Shown here piece by piece: positions 28,973 to 38,702 of a stretch of 64,000 nucleotides of DNA. Below the pieces are notes generated by a model. It worked only from the letters and a program-made list of their open reading frames with translations, did not search any database and was not told where the DNA came from. A program made the translations under genes and the position numbers. Where the stretch lies: assembly GCA_038215615.1 (NCBI GenBank), contig JBBQQR010000004.1, positions 64,001 through 128,000 of the forward strand. Reading direction: 5' to 3'. The stretch is from Vulcanimicrobiales bacterium (GTDB lineage: Bacteria; Vulcanimicrobiota; Vulcanimicrobiia; Vulcanimicrobiales; Vulcanimicrobiaceae). Within the stretch, counting starts at the first letter, position 1. Every line of letters begins with the position of its first letter.

Positions 28973-30088
28973 ATGAGTTCAGTTCGAGTTTTGGTCGGCA
29001 CGCGCAAGGGCGCCTTCATTCTGAGCGCGGACGGCAAGCGCGACAAATGGGACGTCAGCGGGCCGCATTTCGCGGGCTGGGAGATCTATCACGTCAAAGG
29101 CTCGCCTGTCGATCCGCAACGTTTGTACGCATCGCAAACGAGCAGCTGGTTCGGTCAGGTCGTGCAACGATCCAGCGACGGCGGCGAAACGTGGGAACCC
29201 GTCGGCAACACATTCGAATATGCCGGGGTCCCCGGCACGCATCAATGGTACGACGGAACGGCGCGGCCCTGGGAATTCAAGCGCGTCTGGCACTTCGAAC
29301 CCTCGCTGAACGATCCCGACACAGTCTACGCCGGCGTCGAGGATGCCGCACTCTTCCGCACCACCGACGGCGGCCAAAATTGGGAAGAGCTCGCCGGATT
29401 ACGCGAACACAAGACGGGAAGCTCGTGGCAGCCGGGCGCGGGCGGCATGTGCCTGCACACGATTTTGCTCGATCCCAAAAACCCGCAGCGCATCTTTGTC
29501 GCGATTTCAGCCGCGGGCGCATTTCGCAGCGACGACGCAGGCCAGACGTGGAAGCCGATCAACCAGGGGCTGCACTCGCAGTACATCCCCGATCCCACGG
29601 CAGAGGTCGGCCACTGCGTGCACCGCATCGCTATGCATCCGTCGCGTCCCGAAGTTTTGTACATGCAGAAACACTGGGACGTATTGCGCAGCGACAACGC
29701 CGGCGACATGTGGACGGAAATCAGCGGAAATCTGCCGAGCGACTTCGGTTTTCCCGTCGACGTGCACGCGCACGAACCGGAGACGATTTACGTCGTGCCG
29801 ATCAAGAGCGACGGCGAACATTTTCCGCCCGAAGGAAAGTTGCGCGTCTACCGCAGCCGCAGCGGAGGAAACGAGTGGGAAGCCCTAACCAACGGGCTGC
29901 CGCAGAAGGATTGCTACGTCAACGTATTGCGCGACGCGATGGCGGTCGATTCGCTCGATTCGTGCGGCATTTATTTCGGAACGACGGGCGGGCAGGTCTA
30001 CGCTTCTTCCGACGCGGGCGACAATTGGAAACCGATTGTGCGCGATTTGCCGGCGGTACTCTCGGTCGAGGTGCAGACGCTGGCATGA
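28973..30088 (+). CDS. BNR/Asp-box repeat beta-propeller protein
   Basis: LVGTRKG start; repeated S.D.G.TW Asp-boxes; AAGGAG RBS. Confidence 0.88.
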   Translation: MSSVRVLVGTRKGAFILSADGKRDKWDVSGPHFAGWEIYHVKGSPVDPQRLYASQTSSWFGQVVQRSSDGGETWEPVGNTFEYAGVPGTHQWYDGTARPWEFKRVWHFEPSLNDPDTVYAGVEDAALFRTTDGGQNWEELAGLREHKTGSSWQPGAGGMCLHTILLDPKNPQRIFVAISAAGAFRSDDAGQTWKPINQGLHSQYIPDPTAEVGHCVHRIAMHPSRPEVLYMQKHWDVLRSDNAGDMWTEISGNLPSDFGFPVDVHAHEPETIYVVPIKSDGEHFPPEGKLRVYRSRSGGNEWEALTNGLPQKDCYVNVLRDAMAVDSLDSCGIYFGTTGGQVYASSDAGDNWKPIVRDLPAVLSVEVQTLA

Positions 30089-30381
30089 TCCGCGTCGTGC
30101 TTCCGGCCCATCTGCGCACGCTCGCCCGCATTAGCGGCGAGCTTGAACTTTCCGTGAACGGAAAGATCACGCAGCGCTCAGTAGTGGATGCGCTTGAGGA
30201 GCGTTATCCGACGCTGCGTGGCACGATCCGCGACCATACCACCAAAAAGCGCCGTCCCTACATACGGTTTTTCGCATGCGAGAAAGATCTCTCGCACGAC
30301 CCCATCGACGCGCCGCTGCCGGATTCGGTCGCGGCGGGTAACGAGCCGCTGCTCGTCGTCGGCGCGATCGCCGGCGGTTAG
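30085..30381 (+). CDS. MoaD/ThiS-family ubiquitin-like sulfur carrier
   Basis: [11 protein letters not shown]...GAIAGG C-terminus; ATGA overlap with the upstream gene. Confidence 0.9.
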   Translation: MIRVVLPAHLRTLARISGELELSVNGKITQRSVVDALEERYPTLRGTIRDHTTKKRRPYIRFFACEKDLSHDPIDAPLPDSVAAGNEPLLVVGAIAGG

Positions 30382-31148
30382 CGTTTCGCTAGGCTCGTTT
30401 CGACGGTTCGCGTCAGTTCCGCTCCGAATAACAAGAGCTGCGCGGAGTAATAGATCCACAGAAGCACGAGAATGAAATCTCCCACGCTTCCGTAGCTCGA
30501 GGCCGGGCGCGCGTGCGTGAAGTAGATCGATATGGCGGCTTCGCCAACCAGCAGCACGACGCCGGTAATCGCCGCTCCGAGAACGGAGCTCTTCCAGCCA
30601 ACATCGGTCTGAGGCAGCACGCGGTAGGTCAGCGTCAGGAATAATCCGAGCGCAAGGATGTTTACGGCGATGCCCGCCTTGAGGCCGGCGGCATCGGCCA
30701 CGACCAGCGATACCATCGCCAGGAGCGCGAGCGCCCCCACAACGACCAGCGCATGCAAACGCAGAACGACCGTCTTCCACCAACCGCCGCGGCGCTGTGC
30801 GGGGACCTCCCAAATCTCATCGAGCGCCTCCTGGACTTGCATGAAAATTCCAAACGCCGAGACGATGACGAGTACGCCGCCGACAAGTAACGCTACGGGA
30901 CTCGTGCGATGCGAGGATGCGGAGACCAGCATATCAACGAGGTGCGCGCCCTGGGTTCCGACCATCAGTTGGAGCTGATTCTTCACGAGGTGCTGCGTGT
31001 GTTCAGCCCCCAGTACGGTGCCGGTCATCACGATGATGATGAACAGCAGCGGCGCGAGCGAGAACACCATGTAAAAAGAAAGCGCGGCGGCCATCCGGGA
31101 AACCCGGTGCCGCCGCCAGTTATCGACCGTCTTCCGAAGGATTTTCAA
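30378..31148 (-). CDS. YihY/virulence factor BrkB family membrane protein
   Basis: AAALSFY..FSLAPLL, YG..G and [15 protein letters not shown] motifs. Confidence 0.9.
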   Translation of the reverse strand: MKILRKTVDNWRRHRVSRMAAALSFYMVFSLAPLLFIIIVMTGTVLGAEHTQHLVKNQLQLMVGTQGAHLVDMLVSASSHRTSPVALLVGGVLVIVSAFGIFMQVQEALDEIWEVPAQRRGGWWKTVVLRLHALVVVGALALLAMVSLVVADAAGLKAGIAVNILALGLFLTLTYRVLPQTDVGWKSSVLGAAITGVVLLVGEAAISIYFTHARPASSYGSVGDFILVLLWIYYSAQLLLFGAELTRTVETSLAKR

Positions 31149-31155
31149 CCGGACA

Positions 31156-31331
31156 TTACGCGCCGCGTCTAACGACTTGAACCGCGACCAGCGCCGCTAC
31201 CACCGCCGCAGCGGGTACGGCCCAGCGCAGCCAGCCCGGGCGCTTGCTTTCCTCATCGAAACGAAGGACGGAGCGCCGGAACGGTGTTTAGCGCAGTGCT
31301 GGTTGAGACACGTGTAATACGTCGTTTCCAT
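31156..31331 (-). pseudogene. frameshifted small gene (Cys/His N-terminus, C-terminal membrane anchor)
   Basis: METTYYTCLNQHCAKHR in one frame, RSVLRFDEESKRPGWLRWAVPAAAVVAALVAVQVVRRGA* in another; 176 nt ATG to TAA. Confidence 0.5.
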
Positions 31332-31451
31332 AACGGCCGTATACCCGCTTCACCTTCATGCACCACGTGCTTCGGGCGGTGTACTCTCGGCGAGGATCTG
31401 CCAATCGCCAAGGACGGAACAATCTATGCGGACCGGCGTATTCGAAGTAGG

Positions 31452-32027
31452 ATGATCGGCTTGGTCGTCGCCGTTTTGGTTCTGGTGTGGGTCCAGCTAT
31501 CGCGCACACCCTGGCGCGAGCTCGGCTTCGTGCGGCCCGAGAGCTGGCTCGTGACGGTTGCGGCCGGCGTGGCGCTGGGCGTTGGGCTCAAGCTTGTCAT
31601 GAAAGCGGTCGTGATGCCTCTTCTGGGCGCCGATCCCATCAATCACGTCTACCATTATGTAGCGGGGAACCCAGCCGCGCTCGTAAGCATGGCGCTTACC
31701 GTTATTGTCATCGCGGGTTTCGGCGAAGAGTTCGTTTACCGCGGCTTCTTGTTCGAACGTCTCGACAAGGTGTTCGGGTCGAGTGCCGCTGCCAAAACGT
31801 GTATTGTACTGATCACGTCCGTAGTGTTTGCGCTCGCGCACCTTTACGATCAAGGAATTCCCGGCGCCGAACAAGCCGCCGTCACCGGGCTCGTTTTCGG
31901 AAGCATCCTCGCGATTACGGGAAAAATTTGGATACCGATGATTGCACACGCCGTTTTTGACTTAACGGCGCTGGCGCTCATCTACTGGAACGTCGAGCCC
32001 AGCGTCGCGCATTTCATTTTCAAGTAG
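31452..32027 (+). CDS. CPBP (CAAX/Abi) family intramembrane metalloprotease
   Basis: EEFVYRG, FALAH and AHAVFD motifs. Confidence 0.88.
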   Translation: MIGLVVAVLVLVWVQLSRTPWRELGFVRPESWLVTVAAGVALGVGLKLVMKAVVMPLLGADPINHVYHYVAGNPAALVSMALTVIVIAGFGEEFVYRGFLFERLDKVFGSSAAAKTCIVLITSVVFALAHLYDQGIPGAEQAAVTGLVFGSILAITGKIWIPMIAHAVFDLTALALIYWNVEPSVAHFIFK

Positions 32028-32040
32028 CCGCCGTTCGAGT

Positions 32041-32412
32041 TTACTCCTGAAGACCGCTCTGCTCGTAAATGCCGAGCACGTTGCCGGCCGGATCGCGAAA
32101 ATGCGCGAAGATGACGGGCGCTGTGCGATCGACAGGTTTCACGATCTCGCCGCCCGCGGCAACGATTTTTTTCATAGCGGTGTCGGCGTCAGCAACCATG
32201 ATGTAGACGATCAATCCGGGATTATCCGAAGGAGGACGGCCCGGAACCCAAGATCCGCTTACTTCGCCTACCGTGTCATCAAAGGCCATGCTGCCGTCGC
32301 CGCGTCTGCGGTTCTCCCAGCCAAACGCGTCGCGATAAAAATCCGCGGAACGCGCGACGTCGGTCGCCGGTAGTTCGATGTAGCAAATTTTTCCTGTGGC
32401 GTATTTGGCCAT
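32041..32412 (-). CDS. VOC/glyoxalase family protein
   Basis: ICYIELPATD...FY..AFGW and FRDPAGNVLGI motifs. Confidence 0.88.
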   Translation of the reverse strand: MAKYATGKICYIELPATDVARSADFYRDAFGWENRRRGDGSMAFDDTVGEVSGSWVPGRPPSDNPGLIVYIMVADADTAMKKIVAAGGEIVKPVDRTAPVIFAHFRDPAGNVLGIYEQSGLQE

Positions 32413-32424
32413 AATGCTTTTGCC

Positions 32425-33522
32425 TTATCCGAGAACCGCCACCCTCCTTCGGGCCTGACTGAAAACGCGGCCGAACAATTCTCGCACTTGATCGTCGCTG
32501 ATCTTCAGAGAGCCCTCGGCACAGCTCAGTTCAAACATTGCCCAGCCGGGAATTTGCGTGCGATTCCATCGAGCTGGCATCCATACGCCGTTTTCCTGCG
32601 AAACACGCAGTGCGTTAGCTCGCAATTGCTCGATCTCGCCTCGGACGTACACGTGCGTCATATTCGTAGGCGGGATGTTGGGCGTAACGACAACGTCTTG
32701 AAAGTCCGACAAAATAGCGGCGATTTCGCGGGCGCGTTTGCAGTAGAGCGGAATTCGCGGCAAGTACCGACGGATACCGTCACGCGCCGAAACGATCATC
32801 GGATACTGCTGCACGAGACGGCCGCCGTGACGCCATTGCCATGCGCGCGCTTCGTCGATGATCGCTTTCGGACCGGCAAGCGCCGCGCCAGCCACCGCGT
32901 TCAAAATCTTGTAAAATGATACATAGACTGTATCGAAAGGCCGCGTCAGCTCGGGCAAGGGCAGGCTGTAGAATGGCTGCGACTCCCAAAGTCGCGCGCC
33001 GTCAAGATGCATCGCAATGTTGGCCTCCTGCGCCCAGCCGCAAATGCTCAGCACCTCGTCCCAGGGGCGTAACGCTCCGCCGATATTTCGCTCGGGCAAC
33101 TCCAGCAAGACCGACGAAAGCGGATCGTGGACCGCTTGCAGGTCCGCGAGTGTGTAGAGCGCGTTGCGATCGCCCAGCAGAATCGGCTGCAAACCGTGCA
33201 CTATTTGCATGGCGTTGTTTTCGGACACGACGAGATGACTCTGCGGATGCAGCGCCACGTTGCGGCAATTGCGCCGATCGGCGTGGATGCGCAAAGCAAT
33301 CTGTTGCGCCATCGTTCCGCTCGGCATGAAGACCGCCGCCTCTTTCCCCAGCAGCTGTGCGATCTCGCTCTCGAACGACTCTACGAGCGCGCCTTCTCCA
33401 TAAACATCGGGGTATTCAGCGTCGCCGGCCGCTTCGGCGATCTCGGCCAGCCGCGCCCGAAGCGGTTGCGGCGGGTGTCCAAAAAACTGCCCGCACGAGC
33501 GCATTACTTCGTTCCGGTCCAT
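32425..33522 (-). CDS. low-specificity threonine aldolase-like PLP-dependent lyase
   Basis: DVYG, FMPSGTMAQ, HLDGARL and SFYK motifs. Confidence 0.87.
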   Translation of the reverse strand: MDRNEVMRSCGQFFGHPPQPLRARLAEIAEAAGDAEYPDVYGEGALVESFESEIAQLLGKEAAVFMPSGTMAQQIALRIHADRRNCRNVALHPQSHLVVSENNAMQIVHGLQPILLGDRNALYTLADLQAVHDPLSSVLLELPERNIGGALRPWDEVLSICGWAQEANIAMHLDGARLWESQPFYSLPLPELTRPFDTVYVSFYKILNAVAGAALAGPKAIIDEARAWQWRHGGRLVQQYPMIVSARDGIRRYLPRIPLYCKRAREIAAILSDFQDVVVTPNIPPTNMTHVYVRGEIEQLRANALRVSQENGVWMPARWNRTQIPGWAMFELSCAEGSLKISDDQVRELFGRVFSQARRRVAVLG

Positions 33523-33590
33523 TCTTTATTGCGTTTGCACCCTCTCAAAGTTGCGCCTGCCCGAAAAAGATTAGTTCCACATACTAATAC

Positions 33591-33619
33591 AAAAAGGACC
33601 CGCACCTGCGAGTCCTTTT
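33591..33619 (-). terminator. intrinsic (bidirectional-looking) terminator downstream of ssb
   Basis: AAAAAGGACCCGCA-CC-TGCGAGTCCTTTT. Confidence 0.75.
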
Positions 33620-33650
33620 CTCGACGTTGCGCCGTTAAACGGCTAAAACG

Positions 33651-34082
33651 CTAAAACGGAATCTCTTCGTCCAGCGAATCTTCGACGCGCGCTGCGCCTG
33701 CTGCAACGGGCGTGCCGTTACCGAACCCTTCGCCCGATTCTTGCTGCGGTCGATCTTGGCGCGAGCCGAGCATTTGCATCGTGTTGATAACGACCTCGGT
33801 CGCTTGGCGCTTGTTGCCTTCTTTGTCGTCGTATTGGCGAATCGAGAGCCGGCCTTCGACCAGGCACGACATGCCCTTCTTTAGATACGTGTTGCACGTT
33901 TCGGCGAGCTTCTCCCAAGCCACGATGTCCACGAAGAGCGTGTCTTCGGGCTTCGGATCCTTTTTCGCCGGGTTAACGGCGATACGAAACTTGGTGACGC
34001 CCGCGCCCGAGGGGATGTACCGGATCTCGGGATCGCGCACCAGCGTACCGACCAAAATCACTCTGTTAAACGATGCCGCCAT
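33651..34082 (-). CDS. ssb: single-stranded DNA-binding protein
   Basis: NRVILVG.L.RDPE, VEGRL and C-terminal DEEIPF. Confidence 0.97.
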   Translation of the reverse strand: MAASFNRVILVGTLVRDPEIRYIPSGAGVTKFRIAVNPAKKDPKPEDTLFVDIVAWEKLAETCNTYLKKGMSCLVEGRLSIRQYDDKEGNKRQATEVVINTMQMLGSRQDRPQQESGEGFGNGTPVAAGAARVEDSLDEEIPF

Positions 34083-34156
34083 GATGCCTTACCTTTTCTT
34101 CAGATGCTCGTTCCTGGTGCCATGATAAGCCCTCAGACTGCCACCAGTCTGGCACT

Positions 34157-34519
34157 CTACTCGGCGGGAGTTGGTGCCTGCGCTGGGACCGGAGGCGCCG
34201 CCGCGGCGACTTTTTCAGCCTCGAGCGCTTGCTTATCGAGCCGAATCAGGAGTGCCCGCAGAACGTCTTCGTTCAACCCCAATTGGCGTTCGAGTTCTTT
34301 GGCCGCGGGCGCATCGCTGCGGAACCGCATAATCACGTAGATCCCTTCGCGGACGTCGTGCATCTCGTAGGCGAGGCGCTTCTTGCCGAGCTTATCGACG
34401 TTGAGCACTTCGCCGCCGTTCGACGTAAGAGACTGGGCGATCGCGGCCGCGCGCTGCTCGGCTTCGGCTTCTTCGAGGTTGGGGCGCAGCAGATAGGTCA
34501 CTTCATATTCGTTTGCCAT
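34157..34519 (-). CDS. rpsF: 30S ribosomal protein S6
   Basis: YEVTYLLRP, GKKRLAYE and EDVLR motifs. Confidence 0.96.
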   Translation of the reverse strand: MANEYEVTYLLRPNLEEAEAEQRAAAIAQSLTSNGGEVLNVDKLGKKRLAYEMHDVREGIYVIMRFRSDAPAAKELERQLGLNEDVLRALLIRLDKQALEAEKVAAAAPPVPAQAPTPAE

Positions 34520-34586
34520 GGCGGGACCCGGTGTTCCCCGAGGCGGGCCGGAGGGCCTCTCAGGGGCTTCTCACCCGCTTTGGCAC

Positions 34587-34592
34587 ATTCTA
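34587..34592 (-). promoter_or_regulatory. putative sigma70 -10 box for rpsF-ssb
   Basis: TAGAAT on the minus strand about 67 nt upstream of the rpsF ATG. Confidence 0.4.
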
Positions 34593-34693
34593 AGGCACGA
34601 TGGGAACGACGCATTAGCAACGCGCGCGTGCGCGCCGGCGAAACGACCGCCCCTCGGGTGCTCCGGCCGACTAGCGCAAGCGCCAAGGCCGCG

Positions 34694-35428
34694 TCACCGG
34701 ACAAAAAAGTACGCCGACATCGCTACGCCGATGCACAGTACGACGACGCGCGTGACCGAGGAAGGCACCCGCCGGAAGAAACGCGCGCCGAAGTAGCCGC
34801 CCAGCATCGTAAAGATCGCCATCACGAGTGCGACCTGCCAGACGATGATGCCCGCGATAACAAATGGCACGATCGCAGTGCCGTTGATGACGATCGATAG
34901 GAGATTCTTTAAACCGTTGGCTGCATTCATGTTGGGCAGGCCCGAAAACGAAAGCACCGCGAGCATCAGAATACCCATGCCGGCCCCGAAGTAGCCGCCG
35001 TAGATCGCGATCAAAAACTGCAGGACCAGCTGCAGCGGCGTATGCGGGCGGGCGGAGTGATTCCGCCTTTTTATAAGCGGGCTGAGCGCAAAAACCACCG
35101 TCGCAAAAAGCAGCAGCCAGGGGATCATGCGCACGAACAGCCTCGGCGGCGTATGTAACAAGAGAACCGCGCCTATCACGGCGCCGAGCAAACTCACAAT
35201 ACCCGCCACAACCAACAGATGGCGATGCGCGCGTACTTCTTCGCGATAGCCGCGTGCGGAGGCCACGACGCCCAGCCACATCGCCGTATTATTCGTAGCA
35301 TTGGCCGGAATCGCGGGCACGCCCGCGAGCAGCAGCGCGGGGAAGGTCAAGAAACTGCCCCCGCCGGCGACACTATTGATCGCCCCGCCGATCAAGGCGG
35401 CGGCGCCGACCAACAACCAGTGGTTTAC
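34694..35428 (-). CDS. sulfite exporter TauE/SafE (TSUP) family protein
   Basis: INSVAGGG, ANATN and YGGYFGAGMG motifs; start either TTG 35416 or GTA 35428 overlapping the relA stop. Confidence 0.88.
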   Translation of the reverse strand, partial: VNHWLLVGAAALIGGAINSVAGGGSFLTFPALLLAGVPAIPANATNNTAMWLGVVASARGYREEVRAHRHLLVVAGIVSLLGAVIGAVLLLHTPPRLFVRMIPWLLLFATVVFALSPLIKRRNHSARPHTPLQLVLQFLIAIYGGYFGAGMGILMLAVLSFSGLPNMNAANGLKNLLSIVINGTAIVPFVIAGIIVWQVALVMAIFTMLGGYFGARFFRRVPSSVTRVVVLCIGVAMSAYFFVR

Positions 35429-37593
35429 GACGATGCCTTTGTTTCTCGCTTCGTGACGCGATAGACGCGGCGGACGTCCTTGAGCGTTTCGAGCTTGCGC
35501 AGGATTTTGTGCAAATGATCCAAGTCGTGGATCTGAACCGTGAGGCTCACGACGGCGTGGCGGTCGCGCTTCACGCGCGCGGTGACCGAACTGACGGCGG
35601 TTTTTAACTCGGCGAAAACCGCCATAACGTCTTGCAGCAACGCCGGGCGGTCGAGCGCTTCGACCTCAATGTCCACCGCATGTGTAATCTCCGTCTTGCC
35701 GATCCAACTCGTCTCGAGCATGCGCTCGGGCGTGGCTGTCATGTAGGCGACGTTCGGACAATCCGCGCGGTGCACTGAGACGCCCTTTCCGATCGTGACA
35801 TAGCCGACGATGTGATCGCCCGGTACCGGGCTGCAGCATTTGGAGAGCCGCACGAGCACGTCGTCGACGCCCGCGATTCGAATGCCGCTGCTCTTGCGGA
35901 CTGTGCGGCTCGACACCGACGGCGGACGCGCGATCGTATCAAACTCAACGACTTTGGAAGACTTGAGATCATCTTTGATGCGGTTGATGACCGAGAGTGC
36001 GGACGCATCGCCGAAACCGATCGCCGCAAAGAGATCGCTGGGGGCGGTGTAATTCATGCGCCGCGCGATGCGTTCGATCAGTTCGCCGCGCAGCACTTCG
36101 AAGCCGATGTGGCGCCGCGCGAGCTCGCGTTCGACGGCCTCTTGACCCGCGAGCACGTTCTCTTCACGCCGTTCTTTGCGGAACCACTGCTTGATCTTGT
36201 GCTTCGCGCTGCTGGTCTTGACGGTGGAAAGCCAGTCGAGCGACGGGCGTCCGCTCGATTTGTTCACGAGAATTTCGCAGATGTCGCCATTTTCCAGGGT
36301 CGAGTCCAGCGTAACGATGCGGCCGTTGACGCGCGCGCCGACGCAGTGGTTGCCGACGTCCGTGTGCACGGCATAGGCAAAGTCGAGCGGCGTACCCCCG
36401 GCCGGCATGCTGAAGACGTCCCCGCGCGGCGAAAAGATGAAGACCTGCGAATCAAACAGGTCGAGTTTGAGATTTTCCATGAATACGCGCGAATCGCGCA
36501 TATCCTTCTGCCACTCGAGCAGCGCGCGCAGCCACGACAGTTTGTTCTCAAACTGATCGGTCTTGCCGCCCTCCTTGTAGCGCCAGTGCGCGGCGATGCC
36601 GTACTCGCTGGTGCGGTGCATCTCCATGGTACGAATTTGAATCTCGAGCGCCTCACCTTCGGGACCGACGACGGTGGTGTGCAGCGACTGATACATATTA
36701 GGTTTGGGCATCGCGATGTAGTCTTTGAAGCGGCCCGGCAGCGGCGTCCAGAGCGCGTGGACGGCACCCAGCGCGGCGTAACAGTCTTTGACCGAGTCGA
36801 CGATGATGCGGATTGCCGTCAAATCGTAAATCGTCGAGAAATCGCGCCCGTTCTTCATTTTGGTGTAGATTGAGTAGAAATGTTTGGGGCGGCCTTCGAT
36901 CTTCGCGTTGACGCCCAGCACCTCAAACTCGGCATTGAGTTTCGTGATGACCGACGAAACGACGCCTTCGCGTTCCTTGCGCGTTTTGGCGACGCGTTCC
37001 ACGATCTCGCGGTAGCGCTCGGGATCCAGCACGCGAAGACACAGGTCTTCCATGTCCCACTTGATCTTCCAGATTCCCAAGCGGTGAGCGATGGGCGTGT
37101 AGATGTCGAGCGTTTCGCGCGCTATCGACAGCTGCTTGGCCGGCGGCAAGCTTGAGAGCGTGCGCATGTTGTGCAAGCGATCGGCGAGTTTAATAATGAT
37201 GACGCGGATGTCCTTAGCCATCGCCATAAACATCTTGCGCAGATTCTCGACCTGCGCTTCTTCCTTCGATTGATACGGAATGCGCGTGAGTTTGGTGACG
37301 CCCTCAACCAGGCTTGCAATCTCCTTGCCGAACTCGGCTGAGACTTGCTCGGCGGTGATGCTCGTGTCTTCGACGACGTCGTGCAGCAGCGCGGCAGCGA
37401 TCGTCTGCCGGTCCATCTCGAGCTCGGCTAGAATGCCGGCGACGGCCAGCGGGTGTTCGACGTAGGACTCACCCGAGGCGCGGCGCTGCCCTTCGTGTGC
37501 TTCGACCGCCGTGGAGTAGACGCGCTGCAGCCATGCGACATCGAGCGACGAGTCGTAGGTTTTGACGGCTGCGGCCAGCTCCTCAAAGGTCAT
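35425..37593 (-). CDS. relA: bifunctional (p)ppGpp synthetase/hydrolase
   Basis: HDVVED (HD), IIKLADRLHN, YQSLHT and EIQIRT motifs; TGS and ACT domains. Confidence 0.96.
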   Translation of the reverse strand: MTFEELAAAVKTYDSSLDVAWLQRVYSTAVEAHEGQRRASGESYVEHPLAVAGILAELEMDRQTIAAALLHDVVEDTSITAEQVSAEFGKEIASLVEGVTKLTRIPYQSKEEAQVENLRKMFMAMAKDIRVIIIKLADRLHNMRTLSSLPPAKQLSIARETLDIYTPIAHRLGIWKIKWDMEDLCLRVLDPERYREIVERVAKTRKEREGVVSSVITKLNAEFEVLGVNAKIEGRPKHFYSIYTKMKNGRDFSTIYDLTAIRIIVDSVKDCYAALGAVHALWTPLPGRFKDYIAMPKPNMYQSLHTTVVGPEGEALEIQIRTMEMHRTSEYGIAAHWRYKEGGKTDQFENKLSWLRALLEWQKDMRDSRVFMENLKLDLFDSQVFIFSPRGDVFSMPAGGTPLDFAYAVHTDVGNHCVGARVNGRIVTLDSTLENGDICEILVNKSSGRPSLDWLSTVKTSSAKHKIKQWFRKERREENVLAGQEAVERELARRHIGFEVLRGELIERIARRMNYTAPSDLFAAIGFGDASALSVINRIKDDLKSSKVVEFDTIARPPSVSSRTVRKSSGIRIAGVDDVLVRLSKCCSPVPGDHIVGYVTIGKGVSVHRADCPNVAYMTATPERMLETSWIGKTEITHAVDIEVEALDRPALLQDVMAVFAELKTAVSSVTARVKRDRHAVVSLTVQIHDLDHLHKILRKLETLKDVRRVYRVTKRETKASS

Positions 37594-37641
37594 GATACTT
37601 CCGTGTATCATGCCACAGGGCCGGGGCCGAAGGCAAAGCCG

Positions 37642-38112
37642 CTAGGTAAAAAAGACGAGCGCGATCTTGCCGTCGGGCTGGAGCGCGAACTTCATGTCGA
37701 TGCTGCCGTGTTCGCAGGTCATCGTGTAGACGTAGACGTGGATGCCCTTGGCGATGCTGATGCCGTTGAATGTCGCGACTTGCAAAGCACCGAGCGCCGC
37801 CAGCGCTTTTTCGGACGCGTCCAGCACGTCGGCGCTCAACTGAGCGTTGACGTCGTCGGAGTAACGGCTGCGGTCGACCGCGCCGCCCTGCCAGGCGACA
37901 AACTGCTGCAGCGCGAGTTTGCGAATCTTCGGATCTTCGGGCGCCGGCTTGGGCGAAGGCAGCGGCGGCGGCGAGTTTTCAGCCGGCAGCGCCGTGGCTT
38001 GCGCGGAAGACGCAGGGGATGGCGAAGCCTGCACGGTTTGCGCGTGCGTCGTCGTCACAGGAAAGAGCGCCACGCCCGCGGCGAAGGCGAAAAATATGAG
38101 GCTGCGTTTCAT
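37642..38112 (-). CDS. secreted hypothetical protein
   Basis: Signal peptide and Pro/Ser-rich linker; starts 2 nt after the apt stop. Confidence 0.7.
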   Translation of the reverse strand: MKRSLIFFAFAAGVALFPVTTTHAQTVQASPSPASSAQATALPAENSPPPLPSPKPAPEDPKIRKLALQQFVAWQGGAVDRSRYSDDVNAQLSADVLDASEKALAALGALQVATFNGISIAKGIHVYVYTMTCEHGSIDMKFALQPDGKIALVFFT

Positions 38113-38114
38113 TT

Positions 38115-38627
38115 TTAGTACGTGATGAACGAGGTAACGTCGGCGCCCTTCAAAGCGTCTCGCCCTTTAAGGGCATCGAGCTCGATCAGGAAGGCGAATC
38201 CGGCGACGTTGGCGCCCAGGCGTTCGAGCAGGCGGCGCGTTGCCGCCGACGTCCCGCCCGTCGCGAGCAAATCGTCGACGACGAGCACGCGGTCGCCGTC
38301 GCCCAGGGCGTCGGCGTGAATCTCGAGGGAATTGGTGCCGTACTCGAGCGCGTAGGACTCGCTGAGCTTGCTGTAGGGCAGTTTGCCGGGCTTGCGCACC
38401 GGGACGAAACCGGCGCCGATCGCATAGGCGAGGGGGGCGCCGAGCATGTATCCCCGGGCCTCGATGCCGACCACATGGTGAATTCCCGCCTGCTTGTATT
38501 TGTCTACAAAGAGATCGATCGCAGCCTTGAAGGCTTGCTTGTCCTTGAGCAGTGGGGTAATGTCACGGAACAGGATTCCCGGCAATGGGAAATCGGGAAT
38601 CGCGCGGATGTAGCTCTGAATTTCCAC
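38115..38627 (-). CDS. apt: adenine phosphoribosyltransferase
   Basis: IPDFP.PGILFRDITPLL, VRKPGKLP and VDDLLATGGT motifs. Confidence 0.96.
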   Translation of the reverse strand: MEIQSYIRAIPDFPLPGILFRDITPLLKDKQAFKAAIDLFVDKYKQAGIHHVVGIEARGYMLGAPLAYAIGAGFVPVRKPGKLPYSKLSESYALEYGTNSLEIHADALGDGDRVLVVDDLLATGGTSAATRRLLERLGANVAGFAFLIELDALKGRDALKGADVTSFITY

Positions 38628-38702
38628 GGAGCACGAGCTTCCGCGAGCCGGTACAAGCGGCCTTTCCGTTGTTCCTGGGGATGATCTAAAGCTGGACTAT
38701 CC

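Noticed and set aside
28966..30381. 471-aa ORF ending in a MoaD domain, suggesting a large fusion
   Set aside because: The upstream part is an off-frame shadow of the beta-propeller gene; the real MoaD starts at ATG 30085
34520..34586. S6:S18-binding leader RNA upstream of rpsF
   Set aside because: CCC tracts and GC pairing are present but the consensus could not be matched by eye; needs an Rfam search
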